From Hyphomicrobiaceae bacterium (lineage in GTDB: Bacteria; Pseudomonadota; Alphaproteobacteria; Rhizobiales; Hyphomicrobiaceae), in the NCBI GenBank assembly GCA_021775735.1, contig JAJFHG010000022.1:1-58877 (forward strand): a stretch of DNA of 58,877 nt, read 5' to 3'. The notes beneath the pieces are model-generated. The model saw only the letters and a list, made by a program, of their open reading frames with translations, was not told the DNA's origin and did no database searches. Shown here one piece after another: positions 49,548-58,877 of this stretch. The stretch's first letter is position 1; the number at the start of each line of letters is the position of its first letter. The translations under genes and the position numbers were made by a program.

Positions 49548-52049
49548 ATGACAACTCTAATTTTCTTAGGTCTTTTGGGTGCGGGAGCATTGGCCCTTGG
49601 CATGATGCGCGGCAAGCTTTGGATGTGGGCGTTGCTCGTCGCAGCGGCTGTCTTCGTTTGGCAGTCAGGCTTGCTTGAGGGTGCGTTTGCATGGCCCTCA
49701 CCAGGTCTGCTTGGTCTGTTTGCATGGGTGCCAGCACTTGTGCTGGGCGCACTTTCTATTCCAATCGTACATCGCAAAGTCATCGTGGACCCAGCCTTTG
49801 ACACCATCAAAGGTATTTTACCGAAGGTCTCCAGCACCGAGCAAGAAGCGCTTGATGCTGGAACGGTTGGCTTTGATGCGGAGTTGTTTTCTGGCAATCC
49901 AGACTGGGAAAAATTACGCGCGGTCCCACCCATCGTCTTAACAGACGAGGAGCAAGCGTTTCTTGATGGTCCAACCGAAGAGTTGTGCCACATGATTGAT
50001 GATTGGACGGTGCGTTTCAATCAAAAGGAAATTCCGGAAAAAATCTGGGACTATGCCAAAGACCAAGGTTTCCTTGGCATGTTGATCTCAAAAGAACATG
50101 GCGGTCTTGGTTTTTCTGCTCAAGCTCAATCAATGATTCTTGGCAAAGTGGCTTCGCGTTCACCTGATGTTGTGACGATCGTCATGGTGCCGAACTCATT
50201 GGGTCCAGGCGAACTGATCGAAAAATACGGCACTGACGACCAGAAAGAATACTTCTTGCCACGTCTTGCAAGAGGCATAGAAGTGCCGTGCTTCTCGTTA
50301 ACTGGGCCGACCTCAGGTTCAGACGCTGCAACAATGCGCGACATTGGATACGTTGAGTATGGCAAGCATGACGGCAAAAAAACACTCGGCATTCGCCTGT
50401 CCTGGGACAAACGCTACATCACGCTTGGCCCCAATGCGACGCTGGTGGGTTTGGCATTCCGATTGTTTGACCCTGAAAACTTACTTGGCAAAGGTGAAGA
50501 CCTTGGCATTACCGTTGGTCTCATTCCGGCAAATCACCCACGTGTCAACATCGGTCGCCGACATCTGCCAAATGGAGCCGCATTTCCAAATGGCCCGAAC
50601 TGGGGTGTAGACGTCTTTATCCCAATCGATTGGGTTATAGGTGGTGCTGACATGGCTGGCCAAGGCTGGCGCATGTTGATGGAATGCTTGGCTGCAGGCC
50701 GTGCCATTTCATTGCCATCGTCATCAACGGCTGGTGCCAAAGCGATGCTGCGCTACACCACAGCTTATGGACGCATCCGCAAGCAATTTGGTTTGCCGGT
50801 TGCACGCATGGAAGGCATCGACGAAGCGCTGACACGCATGATCGAAACGGCCTACGTCAACGAGGCAGCACGTGGTGTGACCGCTTCGATGGTATCGCGT
50901 GGTGAAAAGCCGTCAGTAATTTCTGCGCTGATGAAATATCAAACAACAGAACGCATGCGCCAGTCGGTCAACGATGCGATGGATATTCATGGCGGCCGCG
51001 GTATTTGCGATGGACCGTCCAACTACTTGCAGGCAGCTTATCAAATGGTGCCTGTCGGGATCACAGTTGAAGGTGCAAATATTCTGACCCGCACTCTGAT
51101 AACTTTTGCACAAGGCGCATTGCGTTCGCATCCTTATCTATATTCAGAAGTGCAAGCTGTGCAGGACGATGATGAACTGCGTGGCAAAGAACAGTTTGAA
51201 GAGGCCTTTAACGGACATGTTGCCTTCGCAATTTCAAACGTGACCGGTGCGCTATTCCACAATGTAACCGGCGGCAGTTTTGCTAACGCGCCTGAAAAGG
51301 CTAACGCGAGTGCGGAATGGTACCGTCAGATTGCGCGGTCCAGCCGGAATTTCGCTCTTGTTGCTGACCTCACAGTGGCTGTTTTAGGTGGCGGCTTGAA
51401 AACCAAGCAGAAGCTGACGGGGCGGATGGCAGATGCAATGAGCGAATTGTATTTGATGAGTTGCGTTTTGAAGCGCTTTGAAGATGATGGTAAACCGGAA
51501 GCGGATCGCGATATCGTCCAGCTGGCGATGGAAAATGGTCTTTACCGGTTCCAACACGCGTTGTCCGGTACGATTGAAAACTTCCCATCCGCACCTGTGC
51601 GTTGGTTGATGAAAACGTTGATCTATCCGTTTGGTCGCCACTACAAGCCAGCGAGCGATAAACTTGGCTCTAAGGTTGTCAAAACTGTTTTGGAACCAGG
51701 CGAAGTTAGAGACCGCTTGACCCGCGATATCTATGTGTCGCGCGATCCAGATGATCAGACCGGTATCCTCGAACACACACTTGAAAAAGTGATTGCCGCA
51801 GAAGCAGCTGAGAAGAAGCTTGAAAAAGCGATACGCGAAGGCACCATACGCCGCTATCACGGCATTGATTGGATTGGTGAGGCGCAAAAAGAAAACATTC
51901 TAAGTGAGAGCGAAGCCGCACAACTGCGTGAAGTTGAAACGCTTGTTTCTCGTGTGATCGCTGTTGACCACTTCGACCCTGCAGAAGTCAAACCAAACTT
52001 TGCCCAGTTGGGCCACAACTCACGCGCCATGGAACCGGCAGCTGAATAA
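49548..52049 (+). CDS. fadE: Large acyl-CoA dehydrogenase (FadE type, N-terminal membrane anchor)
   Basis: The 833-aa product has N-terminal transmembrane helices and acyl-CoA dehydrogenase domains. Its length and architecture resemble E. coli FadE. Confidence 0.85.
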   Translation: MTTLIFLGLLGAGALALGMMRGKLWMWALLVAAAVFVWQSGLLEGAFAWPSPGLLGLFAWVPALVLGALSIPIVHRKVIVDPAFDTIKGILPKVSSTEQEALDAGTVGFDAELFSGNPDWEKLRAVPPIVLTDEEQAFLDGPTEELCHMIDDWTVRFNQKEIPEKIWDYAKDQGFLGMLISKEHGGLGFSAQAQSMILGKVASRSPDVVTIVMVPNSLGPGELIEKYGTDDQKEYFLPRLARGIEVPCFSLTGPTSGSDAATMRDIGYVEYGKHDGKKTLGIRLSWDKRYITLGPNATLVGLAFRLFDPENLLGKGEDLGITVGLIPANHPRVNIGRRHLPNGAAFPNGPNWGVDVFIPIDWVIGGADMAGQGWRMLMECLAAGRAISLPSSSTAGAKAMLRYTTAYGRIRKQFGLPVARMEGIDEALTRMIETAYVNEAARGVTASMVSRGEKPSVISALMKYQTTERMRQSVNDAMDIHGGRGICDGPSNYLQAAYQMVPVGITVEGANILTRTLITFAQGALRSHPYLYSEVQAVQDDDELRGKEQFEEAFNGHVAFAISNVTGALFHNVTGGSFANAPEKANASAEWYRQIARSSRNFALVADLTVAVLGGGLKTKQKLTGRMADAMSELYLMSCVLKRFEDDGKPEADRDIVQLAMENGLYRFQHALSGTIENFPSAPVRWLMKTLIYPFGRHYKPASDKLGSKVVKTVLEPGEVRDRLTRDIYVSRDPDDQTGILEHTLEKVIAAEAAEKKLEKAIREGTIRRYHGIDWIGEAQKENILSESEAAQLREVETLVSRVIAVDHFDPAEVKPNFAQLGHNSRAMEPAAE

Positions 52050-52066
52050 GTCTCGGAGAGTGATAT

Positions 52067-54058
52067 ATGTCGCAAGACCTTGAATTGCATGATTGGAAAT
52101 TTTCAGTCGATCATGAAGAAATCGCGTGGGCGGTCTTTGACCGCGAGGGACAAAGCGTCAACACGTTGGGGCGTCGCCCGATCGAAGAGCTGCAAAAGAT
52201 TATTAATCATGTGGAGCCACTGGCGCGCGACAAGTCACTGCGTGGCATGGTCATAACATCCGGCAAGCCAAAAGGTTTTATCGTCGGTGCTGACATTACT
52301 GAGTTTGAGAGCTTCACCTCGGAAGCACAAGTGCTTGAGATGTTGAAGCCTGTCCTCAATATGCTTGATCAGATTGAGAACCTGAAGATGCCGGTTGTGG
52401 CTGCCATCCATGGTTTTTGTCTCGGCGGTGGATTGGAGTTGGCGCTGGCCTGTCACTACCGCATTGCTACGCGTGAGGACTCGACCCGGCTTGGGTTCCC
52501 TGAAGTGAAACTTGGCATCTTCCCAGGTTTTCACGGCACCGCACGGTCAATCCGTCAGGCCGGACCAATGGCGGCAATGCAAAATATGCTGACCGGAAAA
52601 ATGCTACGTGCGCCTGCTGCACGCGCTGTTGGTTTTGTTGATCAACTTGTCGCTTCGCAAGACATGCTGCACTGGGCAGCGCGCAAAGCTATTTTGAAAC
52701 GCAAGCGTTCAAAACCTGCCGGTGCCTCCAAGCAAATGATGACGCGTTGGCCTGCGCGTGGACTTCTCGCCAAGAAGATGCGCGAAGAAACAGCCAAAAA
52801 AGTGCGTGAAGATCATTACCCCGCGCCCTTTGCCTTGATTGACTTGTTTGAAAAGCATGGCGGCAACCATGAGGCGTTAAAGGCGGCAGAATCGCGCGCA
52901 TTTGCACCGCTCATGGTGTCAGATACCTCGCGCAACTTGCGCCGTGTTTTCCGCCTGACAGAACTTCTTAAAGCCCAGGCACCGCGTGGCTTGAAATGGA
53001 AACCAATGCGCGCGCACATTATTGGTGCTGGCACGATGGGAGCTGATATTGCGGGTGTTTGTGTGGCTTCAGGCATGGAGGTGACTCTGCAAGACATTAA
53101 TGCAGAGCAGCTTGAAAAGGGCATGAAGGCGCAGAAGAAATTGTTCTCGCGTAAGTTTCGCTCCAAGCCTGCCAAAGCTGCCGCACAAGCGCGATTTATT
53201 GCCGACCCAGACGGTAACGGTATCGCCCACGCTGATGTGATCATTGAAGCAATTGTTGAAAATCTTGAGATTAAACAAAAGCTGTTTGCCTCACTCGAAG
53301 ACAAAATCAAACCCGGTGCCGTGTTGGCAACCAACACCTCATCACTGAAACTGGCCGATATCGCAGAGCCGTTGAAAGATCCAGGGCGTTTGATTGGTTT
53401 GCACTTCTTCTCACCTGTTCCACAGATGCCATTGGTAGAAGTGGTGCGTGGTGCGACAACACGAGAAGAGGAAGTCGAGAAGGGGGCAGCTTTTGTCACC
53501 AAGATTGGCAAATTCCCTCTCATTACGAAAGATGTCCCAGGCTTCCTCGTCAATAAGGTGCTGACGCCGTACATGTTTGCGGCCATGGAGCGGCTTGAAA
53601 AGGGTGAGGACAAAGAGAAAATCGATGAAGCCGCGCGTGTCTTTGGTATGCCAATGGGGCCAATTGAACTGGCCGACAATGTTGGTCTTGATGTTTGCCT
53701 GCACGTGTCGAAAATTCTTGGCTCGCCGAGCGAAGGTTCCAAGCTGGAACAGCTTGTGAACTCCGGCAAGTTCGGCAAAAAATCCGGCCAAGGGTTTTAT
53801 ACTTGGAAGGACGGCAAAACCGAAACCTCGAAGTCTGAGTTTTCAAAGTCTGAGTTGCAACAATTGGGAGCTGCTTTGGTGCAGCCCATCATTGATGAAT
53901 CCCAGGCCAGCTTGGATGAAGGTGTTGTTGAGTCAGCAGATCTTGTTGATGCCGGTATGATTTTTGGAACTGGTTTTGCGCCATTCCGTGGTGGTCCGCT
54001 GCACTACAAAGCCAGCATCACAAAGTCTGACGACACAAGCCAACACGCAGCAGAATAA
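52067..54058 (+). CDS. fadB: Bifunctional enoyl-CoA hydratase / 3-hydroxyacyl-CoA dehydrogenase (FadB/FadJ-like)
   Basis: An N-terminal crotonase fold (AAIHGFCLGGGLELALACHYRIA) is followed by an NAD-binding 3-hydroxyacyl-CoA dehydrogenase domain (IIGAGTMGADIA). Confidence 0.85.
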   Translation: MSQDLELHDWKFSVDHEEIAWAVFDREGQSVNTLGRRPIEELQKIINHVEPLARDKSLRGMVITSGKPKGFIVGADITEFESFTSEAQVLEMLKPVLNMLDQIENLKMPVVAAIHGFCLGGGLELALACHYRIATREDSTRLGFPEVKLGIFPGFHGTARSIRQAGPMAAMQNMLTGKMLRAPAARAVGFVDQLVASQDMLHWAARKAILKRKRSKPAGASKQMMTRWPARGLLAKKMREETAKKVREDHYPAPFALIDLFEKHGGNHEALKAAESRAFAPLMVSDTSRNLRRVFRLTELLKAQAPRGLKWKPMRAHIIGAGTMGADIAGVCVASGMEVTLQDINAEQLEKGMKAQKKLFSRKFRSKPAKAAAQARFIADPDGNGIAHADVIIEAIVENLEIKQKLFASLEDKIKPGAVLATNTSSLKLADIAEPLKDPGRLIGLHFFSPVPQMPLVEVVRGATTREEEVEKGAAFVTKIGKFPLITKDVPGFLVNKVLTPYMFAAMERLEKGEDKEKIDEAARVFGMPMGPIELADNVGLDVCLHVSKILGSPSEGSKLEQLVNSGKFGKKSGQGFYTWKDGKTETSKSEFSKSELQQLGAALVQPIIDESQASLDEGVVESADLVDAGMIFGTGFAPFRGGPLHYKASITKSDDTSQHAAE

Positions 54059-54119
54059 GAAACACTTGAGAAAAGAACCTTAGGCCTACCGCCTGAGTTC
54101 GCCAAGTGAGGGAGCAAAT

Positions 54120-55427
54120 TTGATGCAACAAACAGTGAAACGCGTGGCAGTCATCGGCGGTGTGCGCACCCCGTTTTGCCGATCAGGCACGCTTTATGCC
54201 GATAAATCCAATCTGGATTTGATGTCTGCAGCCTTGAATGGATTGGTTGACCAATACAAACTAAAGGGTGCGCACATTGATGAGGTTGTGGGCGGTGCGG
54301 TGATCACCCACTCGAAAGATTTCAATCTGGCGCGCGAAGCGGTTTTGAGCACGTCGCTCGCAAAATCCACACCAGGCGTCACCATGATGCAGGCCTGCGG
54401 TACCAGCTTGCAAGCCGCACTTGGTTTGGCAGCAAAGATCGCAACAGGTGAAATCGAAAGCGGCATTGCGACCGGTTCTGACACCACGTCAGATGCTCCG
54501 ATTGTATTTTCAAAGAAAATATCACAGCGCTTAGTGTTGTTGTCGCAGCAAAAAACAATGATGGACAAGCTCAAACTTTTTAAGGGCTTTTCTCCGGCTG
54601 AATTGACACCGCAAGCCCCCTCAGTTGCCGAGCCGCGCACCGGACTGTCCATGGGCCAGCATTGCGAGTTGATGGCCAAGCAGTGGAATATCGCACGCGA
54701 AGATCAAGACCAGCTTGCCTATGAAAGCCATAAGAATGCCGCTAAAGCCTACGCCAGCAGCTATATGGACGATCTTGTTGTGCCGTATTCTGGCGTGTTC
54801 CGTGACAACAACATGCGCGGCGACACAACGGTTGAGAAACTGGCAACACTGAAAAACGCATTTGATAAATCGAGCAAGGGCACGTTGTCAGCTGGCAACT
54901 CAACGCCTTTGACGGATGGTGCATCTGCTGTGCTGTTGGCCAGTGAAGACTGGGCCAAAGAGCGTGGATTGCCGGTCTTGGCATATCTCACCTTTGGTCA
55001 GTCGGCAGGCAACGACTTCGTTGCTGGTGACGGATTGTTGATGGCGCCAACGCTGGCTGTTTCCAAGATGTTGGAGCGTGCTGGTCTTTCGTTGCAGGAT
55101 TTCGATTTCTATGAAATCCACGAAGCTTTTGCAGCTCAAGTATTGTGCACGTTGAAGGCTTGGGAAGATGAAGATTTCTGTAAGGAGCAATTGGGCAAAG
55201 ACGCAGCTCTTGGTTCGATTGATCGTTCAAAGCTCAACGTAAGAGGCTCATCTCTTGCCGTCGGTCACCCGTTTGCTGCAACCGGCGCCCGTATTGTTGC
55301 CAACCTTGCCAAACTGCTTTCAGAGCAGGGCGGACGCGGATTGATTTCAGTCTGTACGGCAGGCGGGATGGGGGTTGCGGCGATCATGGAAAGCGCCAAA
55401 GCAGCAGATATGCGCAATGCCGCGTAG
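54120..55427 (+). CDS. fadA: 3-ketoacyl-CoA thiolase (FadA/FadI-like)
   Basis: The product has the thiolase fold, with the active-site Cys region (MMQACGTSLQA) and the C-terminal motifs GHPFAATGAR and CTAGGMG. Confidence 0.85.
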   Translation: MMQQTVKRVAVIGGVRTPFCRSGTLYADKSNLDLMSAALNGLVDQYKLKGAHIDEVVGGAVITHSKDFNLAREAVLSTSLAKSTPGVTMMQACGTSLQAALGLAAKIATGEIESGIATGSDTTSDAPIVFSKKISQRLVLLSQQKTMMDKLKLFKGFSPAELTPQAPSVAEPRTGLSMGQHCELMAKQWNIAREDQDQLAYESHKNAAKAYASSYMDDLVVPYSGVFRDNNMRGDTTVEKLATLKNAFDKSSKGTLSAGNSTPLTDGASAVLLASEDWAKERGLPVLAYLTFGQSAGNDFVAGDGLLMAPTLAVSKMLERAGLSLQDFDFYEIHEAFAAQVLCTLKAWEDEDFCKEQLGKDAALGSIDRSKLNVRGSSLAVGHPFAATGARIVANLAKLLSEQGGRGLISVCTAGGMGVAAIMESAKAADMRNAA

Positions 55428-55453
55428 TCTGCGGCTCCGTGTTTGCCTTATGA

Positions 55454-55490
55454 AAATTAAAAGCGGCCTATAACGGGCCGCTTTTAATTT
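55454..55490. terminator. Bidirectional rho-independent terminator between fadA and the MerR gene
   Basis: The hairpin AAAAGCGGCC-tataac-GGGCCGCTTTT is flanked by A/T runs. Confidence 0.7.
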
Positions 55491-55528
55491 GCGCTAAGCG
55501 CTTTCGTTTGACAGATCTAAGATCGGGC

Positions 55529-55954
55529 TCAATTGCGCCTCTTGAGATGCACCTGGCATCGCGCGCGAATGTCTTTGAGATCCGTAAGCGTGCGCTCAAT
55601 ATCAATGAGCTTTGTGTCCAGATCCTTGATTGTCGCTTCGACCTTTTCAAGAAGGTGACGCGTTTGCGTAACTTGCTCAGGATCGGTGTCGTATAGCGCA
55701 ATATACTCAGCAATGTCATCAAGGCTAAAGCCAAGGTTCTTGCCGCGTAGGATCAAGACAAGACGGGCGCGATCACGCACCGAATATATGCGGCTGGCAC
55801 CTTTGCGCTCAGGTTTGATAAGGCCCAAGGACTCGTAGAAGCGAATGGTTCGTGTCGTGATGTCAAATTCTTGAGCAAGGTTACCGATGCTGTACGTTCG
55901 CCCGGCATCATCACTCTTTTCGCTCAGCTTGTCTCGTTGTAGTGCTGAAGACAT
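55529..55954 (-). CDS. MerR-family transcriptional regulator (LiuR-like placement in a fatty-acid/branched-chain catabolic locus)
   Basis: The N-terminal helix-turn-helix YSIGNLAQEFDITTRTIRFYESLGLI is followed by a coiled-coil dimerisation region. Confidence 0.8.
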   Translation of the reverse strand: MSSALQRDKLSEKSDDAGRTYSIGNLAQEFDITTRTIRFYESLGLIKPERKGASRIYSVRDRARLVLILRGKNLGFSLDDIAEYIALYDTDPEQVTQTRHLLEKVEATIKDLDTKLIDIERTLTDLKDIRARCQVHLKRRN

Positions 55955-55959
55955 GTGAG

Positions 55960-57678
55960 TTATGTCGCCTTTCGCTTCTGCGCTTCTTCTTCTTTCAATT
56001 CCTTCTTCGACAATTTGCCAATCATTGTTTTGGGCAACTCATCGCGGAATTCAATTTCAGCTGGTAGCTCAATTTTAGATAACTTGGCCTTCAGGTGTTC
56101 CATAATTTCATCAGCGGTGGCTTTTTGACCAGCCATCAATTTAATAAACGCCTTGGGCGCTTCCCCGCGATATTCATCAGGGATCCCGATAACCGTGACT
56201 TCTTCAACGGCAGGGAATTGATAGATCGCCTCTTCAATATGACGAGGATAAACATTGTAGCCCGAGCATATAATGAGGTCTTTTGTCCGATCTACGATTT
56301 CAAACCAACCGTCCTCATCCATGACGGCCACATCGCCGGTGCGTAGGAAATCCCCGATAAACTGGTCTTTGGTGGCTTCAGGACGCTTCCAGTAACCTGC
56401 CATGACCTGAGGGCCTTTTATGCAAACTTCACCGCGTTCACCTTGCGGCACCTCTTTTGTCGGGTCATCCAGGCTGCGCAATGAGACAACCGTTCTGGGC
56501 ATTGGCACCCCAATTGACTTTTCTTTGACGATCCCTTCGATGGGGTTGCAGGTGGCAACGGGTGAGGTTTCTGACAAACCATAACCTTCCACCAATTTGC
56601 AGCCTGTGATTTTTTCAAAACCCTGTTTGACTTCCAGGGGAAGCGGTGCGCCGCCCGACAAACAGAATTTCAATGATGAAAGATTATAACTCTTGAGCTT
56701 GGGGTGGTTCATCATCGCATTATAAAGCGTTGGGACACCGGGCATGACGGTGGGTTTGGTCTTGTGCAAGAGCTTTAACGCATCGTCTAAAACAAACCTT
56801 GGCATGATGATAATTTCAGAGCCTTTGCAGACACCAAAATTCATAACAACGGTCATCGCAAAAACGTGGAAGAAGGGCAACACGCCAAACACGCGCTCGC
56901 CACCGTCAACCAATTCTGGAGCCCACGATGCAACCTGCTGAACATTTACGTGCAAATTATTGTGCGTCAGCATTGCACCTTTTGGTTTGCCTGTTGTACC
57001 CCCGGTATATTGCAGCACGGCAACATCATTGAGCGGGTCAATTGGCACAGGTGTAAGGGGTCCTGCAGCGGCCAAAAGATTAGCTTCAAGAACAACTTTG
57101 TCCTTGGCTGGCGAGGCGCTGACGTGGGCCAGCTCTTTGCCCTTAGCCATTTTGAACAGAACCGATTTGACGCTTGGCAGCAGGGCTGGGAATGAGCCTA
57201 CAATCGCTTGTTTGAGGACACCGGATTGCAGCAATGTTTCGATTTTATCAAACAGCAACTTCAGGTCCAAAGTGACCATGATTTCAGTTTCACTGTCGTC
57301 AATTTGGTAAGACAGCTCTTCGATGGTGTAGAGCGGATTGAAATTGACCACCGTGCCACCGGCCTTCAAAATCGCGTAGTAATACACGATGAAGGTTGGG
57401 CAGTTGGGAAGGAATAGACCAACCTTCGTGCCTTTTTTGACCCCGATGGCTTGCAAACCGGCAGCGGTCTTATCGACCATGGCGCCGATTTCTTTGAAAG
57501 AATGAACTTTTCCGAGGAAATTTGTGAAGGGACGATCTGGAAAGCGGCTCACCGAGCGCTCAAGTAAGTCTGGCAGGCTGGCCGCCGGAAAATTCATATG
57601 CCAGTTAACCTGTTCAGGATAACCCTCTAGCCAGGCATAGTTTTCTTGCTCAGAAGTACCTGTTACCGCCGTATTCAT
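55960..57678 (-). CDS. fadD: Long-chain-fatty-acid--CoA ligase
   Basis: The 572-aa product has the AMP-binding signature LQYTGGTTGKPKGAMLTH and the FACS-like C-terminus. Confidence 0.85.
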   Translation of the reverse strand: MNTAVTGTSEQENYAWLEGYPEQVNWHMNFPAASLPDLLERSVSRFPDRPFTNFLGKVHSFKEIGAMVDKTAAGLQAIGVKKGTKVGLFLPNCPTFIVYYYAILKAGGTVVNFNPLYTIEELSYQIDDSETEIMVTLDLKLLFDKIETLLQSGVLKQAIVGSFPALLPSVKSVLFKMAKGKELAHVSASPAKDKVVLEANLLAAAGPLTPVPIDPLNDVAVLQYTGGTTGKPKGAMLTHNNLHVNVQQVASWAPELVDGGERVFGVLPFFHVFAMTVVMNFGVCKGSEIIIMPRFVLDDALKLLHKTKPTVMPGVPTLYNAMMNHPKLKSYNLSSLKFCLSGGAPLPLEVKQGFEKITGCKLVEGYGLSETSPVATCNPIEGIVKEKSIGVPMPRTVVSLRSLDDPTKEVPQGERGEVCIKGPQVMAGYWKRPEATKDQFIGDFLRTGDVAVMDEDGWFEIVDRTKDLIICSGYNVYPRHIEEAIYQFPAVEEVTVIGIPDEYRGEAPKAFIKLMAGQKATADEIMEHLKAKLSKIELPAEIEFRDELPKTMIGKLSKKELKEEEAQKRKAT

Positions 57679-58062
57679 TGGCCCATCCTCCCAAATGATG
57701 GCGCCAGGAGGCCATTTGTGGCCTATTCAATTGGCGCCTAGTCATGCTGGTGCTGCCAAATTGTCCGATGAGAGCCCAGCTGCGACGTATTCAACACCTT
57801 TTTTGCCTTAAACACCAGCGCGTTGCGCTTCTTAGCTTTATTTGGTCGCGTGTATCTAAAGTAACAACTTTCTAGGGTATTACTGTCATAGAGTGATCTG
57901 ATCCGGGTCAGTGTTTGTGGCATTTGCGGATGGCTAGACTCATCGTATATTTTTACGATAAGTGACGCCTCAGCTTGAGCTTCAATGGGCCGTGAACTAA
58001 TTGGGTGACCAACACATAAAGGATCCCTGCGTTTGAGCCATCAACCAGGGCTGGAGACCGAA

Positions 58063-58332
58063 ATGGACGAAGTCGCAACTAAAATTATCGACATCCTGAA
58101 AAAACACATGAAAGAGCCAATGGATAACATTGAGCTCAAAACGCCGCTGACTGACCTCAGCATCGAATCCCTCGACCTGGCCATGATCGTCTTCGATATT
58201 GAAGATACTTTTGGCATCGAGATCCCATACAACGCGAATGAAGAAGTCGAAGACTTCAAAACCGTTGGCTCTGTTGTTGAACGGGTCAAAGCACTCGTTG
58301 ATGCAGGTGATGCTGGTGCGGCAAGCGCCTAA
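58063..58332 (+). CDS. Acyl carrier protein (specialised, AcpXL/NodF-like)
   Basis: The phosphopantetheine attachment motif DLSIESLDLAMIVFDIE is present. The start was set at MDEVATKI. Confidence 0.65.
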   Translation: MDEVATKIIDILKKHMKEPMDNIELKTPLTDLSIESLDLAMIVFDIEDTFGIEIPYNANEEVEDFKTVGSVVERVKALVDAGDAGAASA

Positions 58333-58443
58333 TCTGCACAATTGGAATTTGGCGATCATACTTGTGGATTGAGGCCTTTTAGCTGCAATCCAACAAGTCC
58401 TTTGTTGCAGTCCCGAAACGCTAACGTAGCGATTGGTATAGAT

Positions 58444-58877
58444 ATGACAAAAGCGAACGGTTTGCGCCGGGTCGTTGTGACCGGACTTGGCGCCGTCACA
58501 CCGCTCGGTCTCGATACACAAGAAACTTGGTCGTCAATGAAGGCGGGTAAGTGCGGTGTTGGCAAAATTGAAAATTTTGAGCTCGCCGACCTGTATATTC
58601 ACATCGCTGGCGAAGTGAAGAATTTCGACCCAGCAACCCATGTCTCTAGTCGCCAGATACAATATGGCGATCGCTACTCCTGGTTTGCAGGGCGCGCAGC
58701 AGAAGAGGCTTGGAAGCAGTCGGGTCTGGAGACGCCGGTTGCAGATCCTTACCGTGTTGCCTGCATTATTGGTTCCGGAGCGGGAGGCCATATAACGATT
58801 GAGAAAGCGTATCGCGACCTGTTCATCGAAAAGAAAAAAGCGACCCATCCTCTGACATTGCTACGCATTATCGGCTC
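58444..58877 (+). CDS. Beta-ketoacyl-ACP synthase (KAS I/II family), 5' partial at the window edge
   Basis: The product begins MTKANGLRRVVVTGLGAVTPLGLDTQETW...CIIGSGAGG, the N-terminus of the KAS thiolase fold. It runs off the end of the window. Confidence 0.75.
   Translation, partial: MTKANGLRRVVVTGLGAVTPLGLDTQETWSSMKAGKCGVGKIENFELADLYIHIAGEVKNFDPATHVSSRQIQYGDRYSWFAGRAAEEAWKQSGLETPVADPYRVACIIGSGAGGHITIEKAYRDLFIEKKKATHPLTLLRIIG

Noticed and set aside
52816-53778. A 320-aa minus-strand ORF inside the fadB-like gene.
   Set aside because: It is an antisense overlap with a well-supported gene and has low-complexity Ser/Ala/Pro composition.
57997-58521. A 174-aa minus-strand ORF overlapping the ACP gene.
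   Set aside because: It is antisense to an ACP with an intact phosphopantetheine motif, and it has no RBS or domain signal.

Overview
This is a 58.9-kb chromosomal window from an alphaproteobacterium. The assignment rests on an alpha-type zeta ATPase-inhibitor gene, GAAC-N7-GAAC LexA boxes upstream of recA, a CckA-like hybrid kinase, and the cckA-recA-alaS and purC-purS-purQ-purL-bolA-grxD gene orders. Gene content is mostly housekeeping: a porin, ycjX-ycjF, a MoxR-like ATPase, a DksA-like protein, an MscK-type channel, recA, alaS, a Kef-type antiporter, icd, rpsD, the pur genes, purB, transporters, and a beta-oxidation island (fadE-fadB/J-fadA/I, a MerR regulator, fadD) followed by ACP and a KAS gene at the window edge. 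Several things stand out. A compact Sox-like locus (divergent soxY-soxZ-CDGSH and thioredoxin-fccB/soxF) carries a SoxY whose C-terminal arm is GGCET rather than GGCGG. Two directly abutting tRNA-like genes both have non-canonical anticodon arms. The DksA-family protein has a histone-H1-like K/A/P-rich N-terminal tail and only one of the four zinc-finger cysteines. A SpoU/TrmH methyltransferase carries a 180-residue N-terminal extension with a DUF433-like segment. Three overlapping small ORFs, two joined by TAATG, end at an intrinsic terminator. An orphan minus-strand terminator in a 660-bp divergent intergenic region suggests an sRNA. There are also phased 32-bp and tandem 42-bp repeat arrays, an orphan FliO-like gene, and a perfect 16-bp palindrome upstream of fadE. 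No CRISPR array, integrase or clear mobile element is present.
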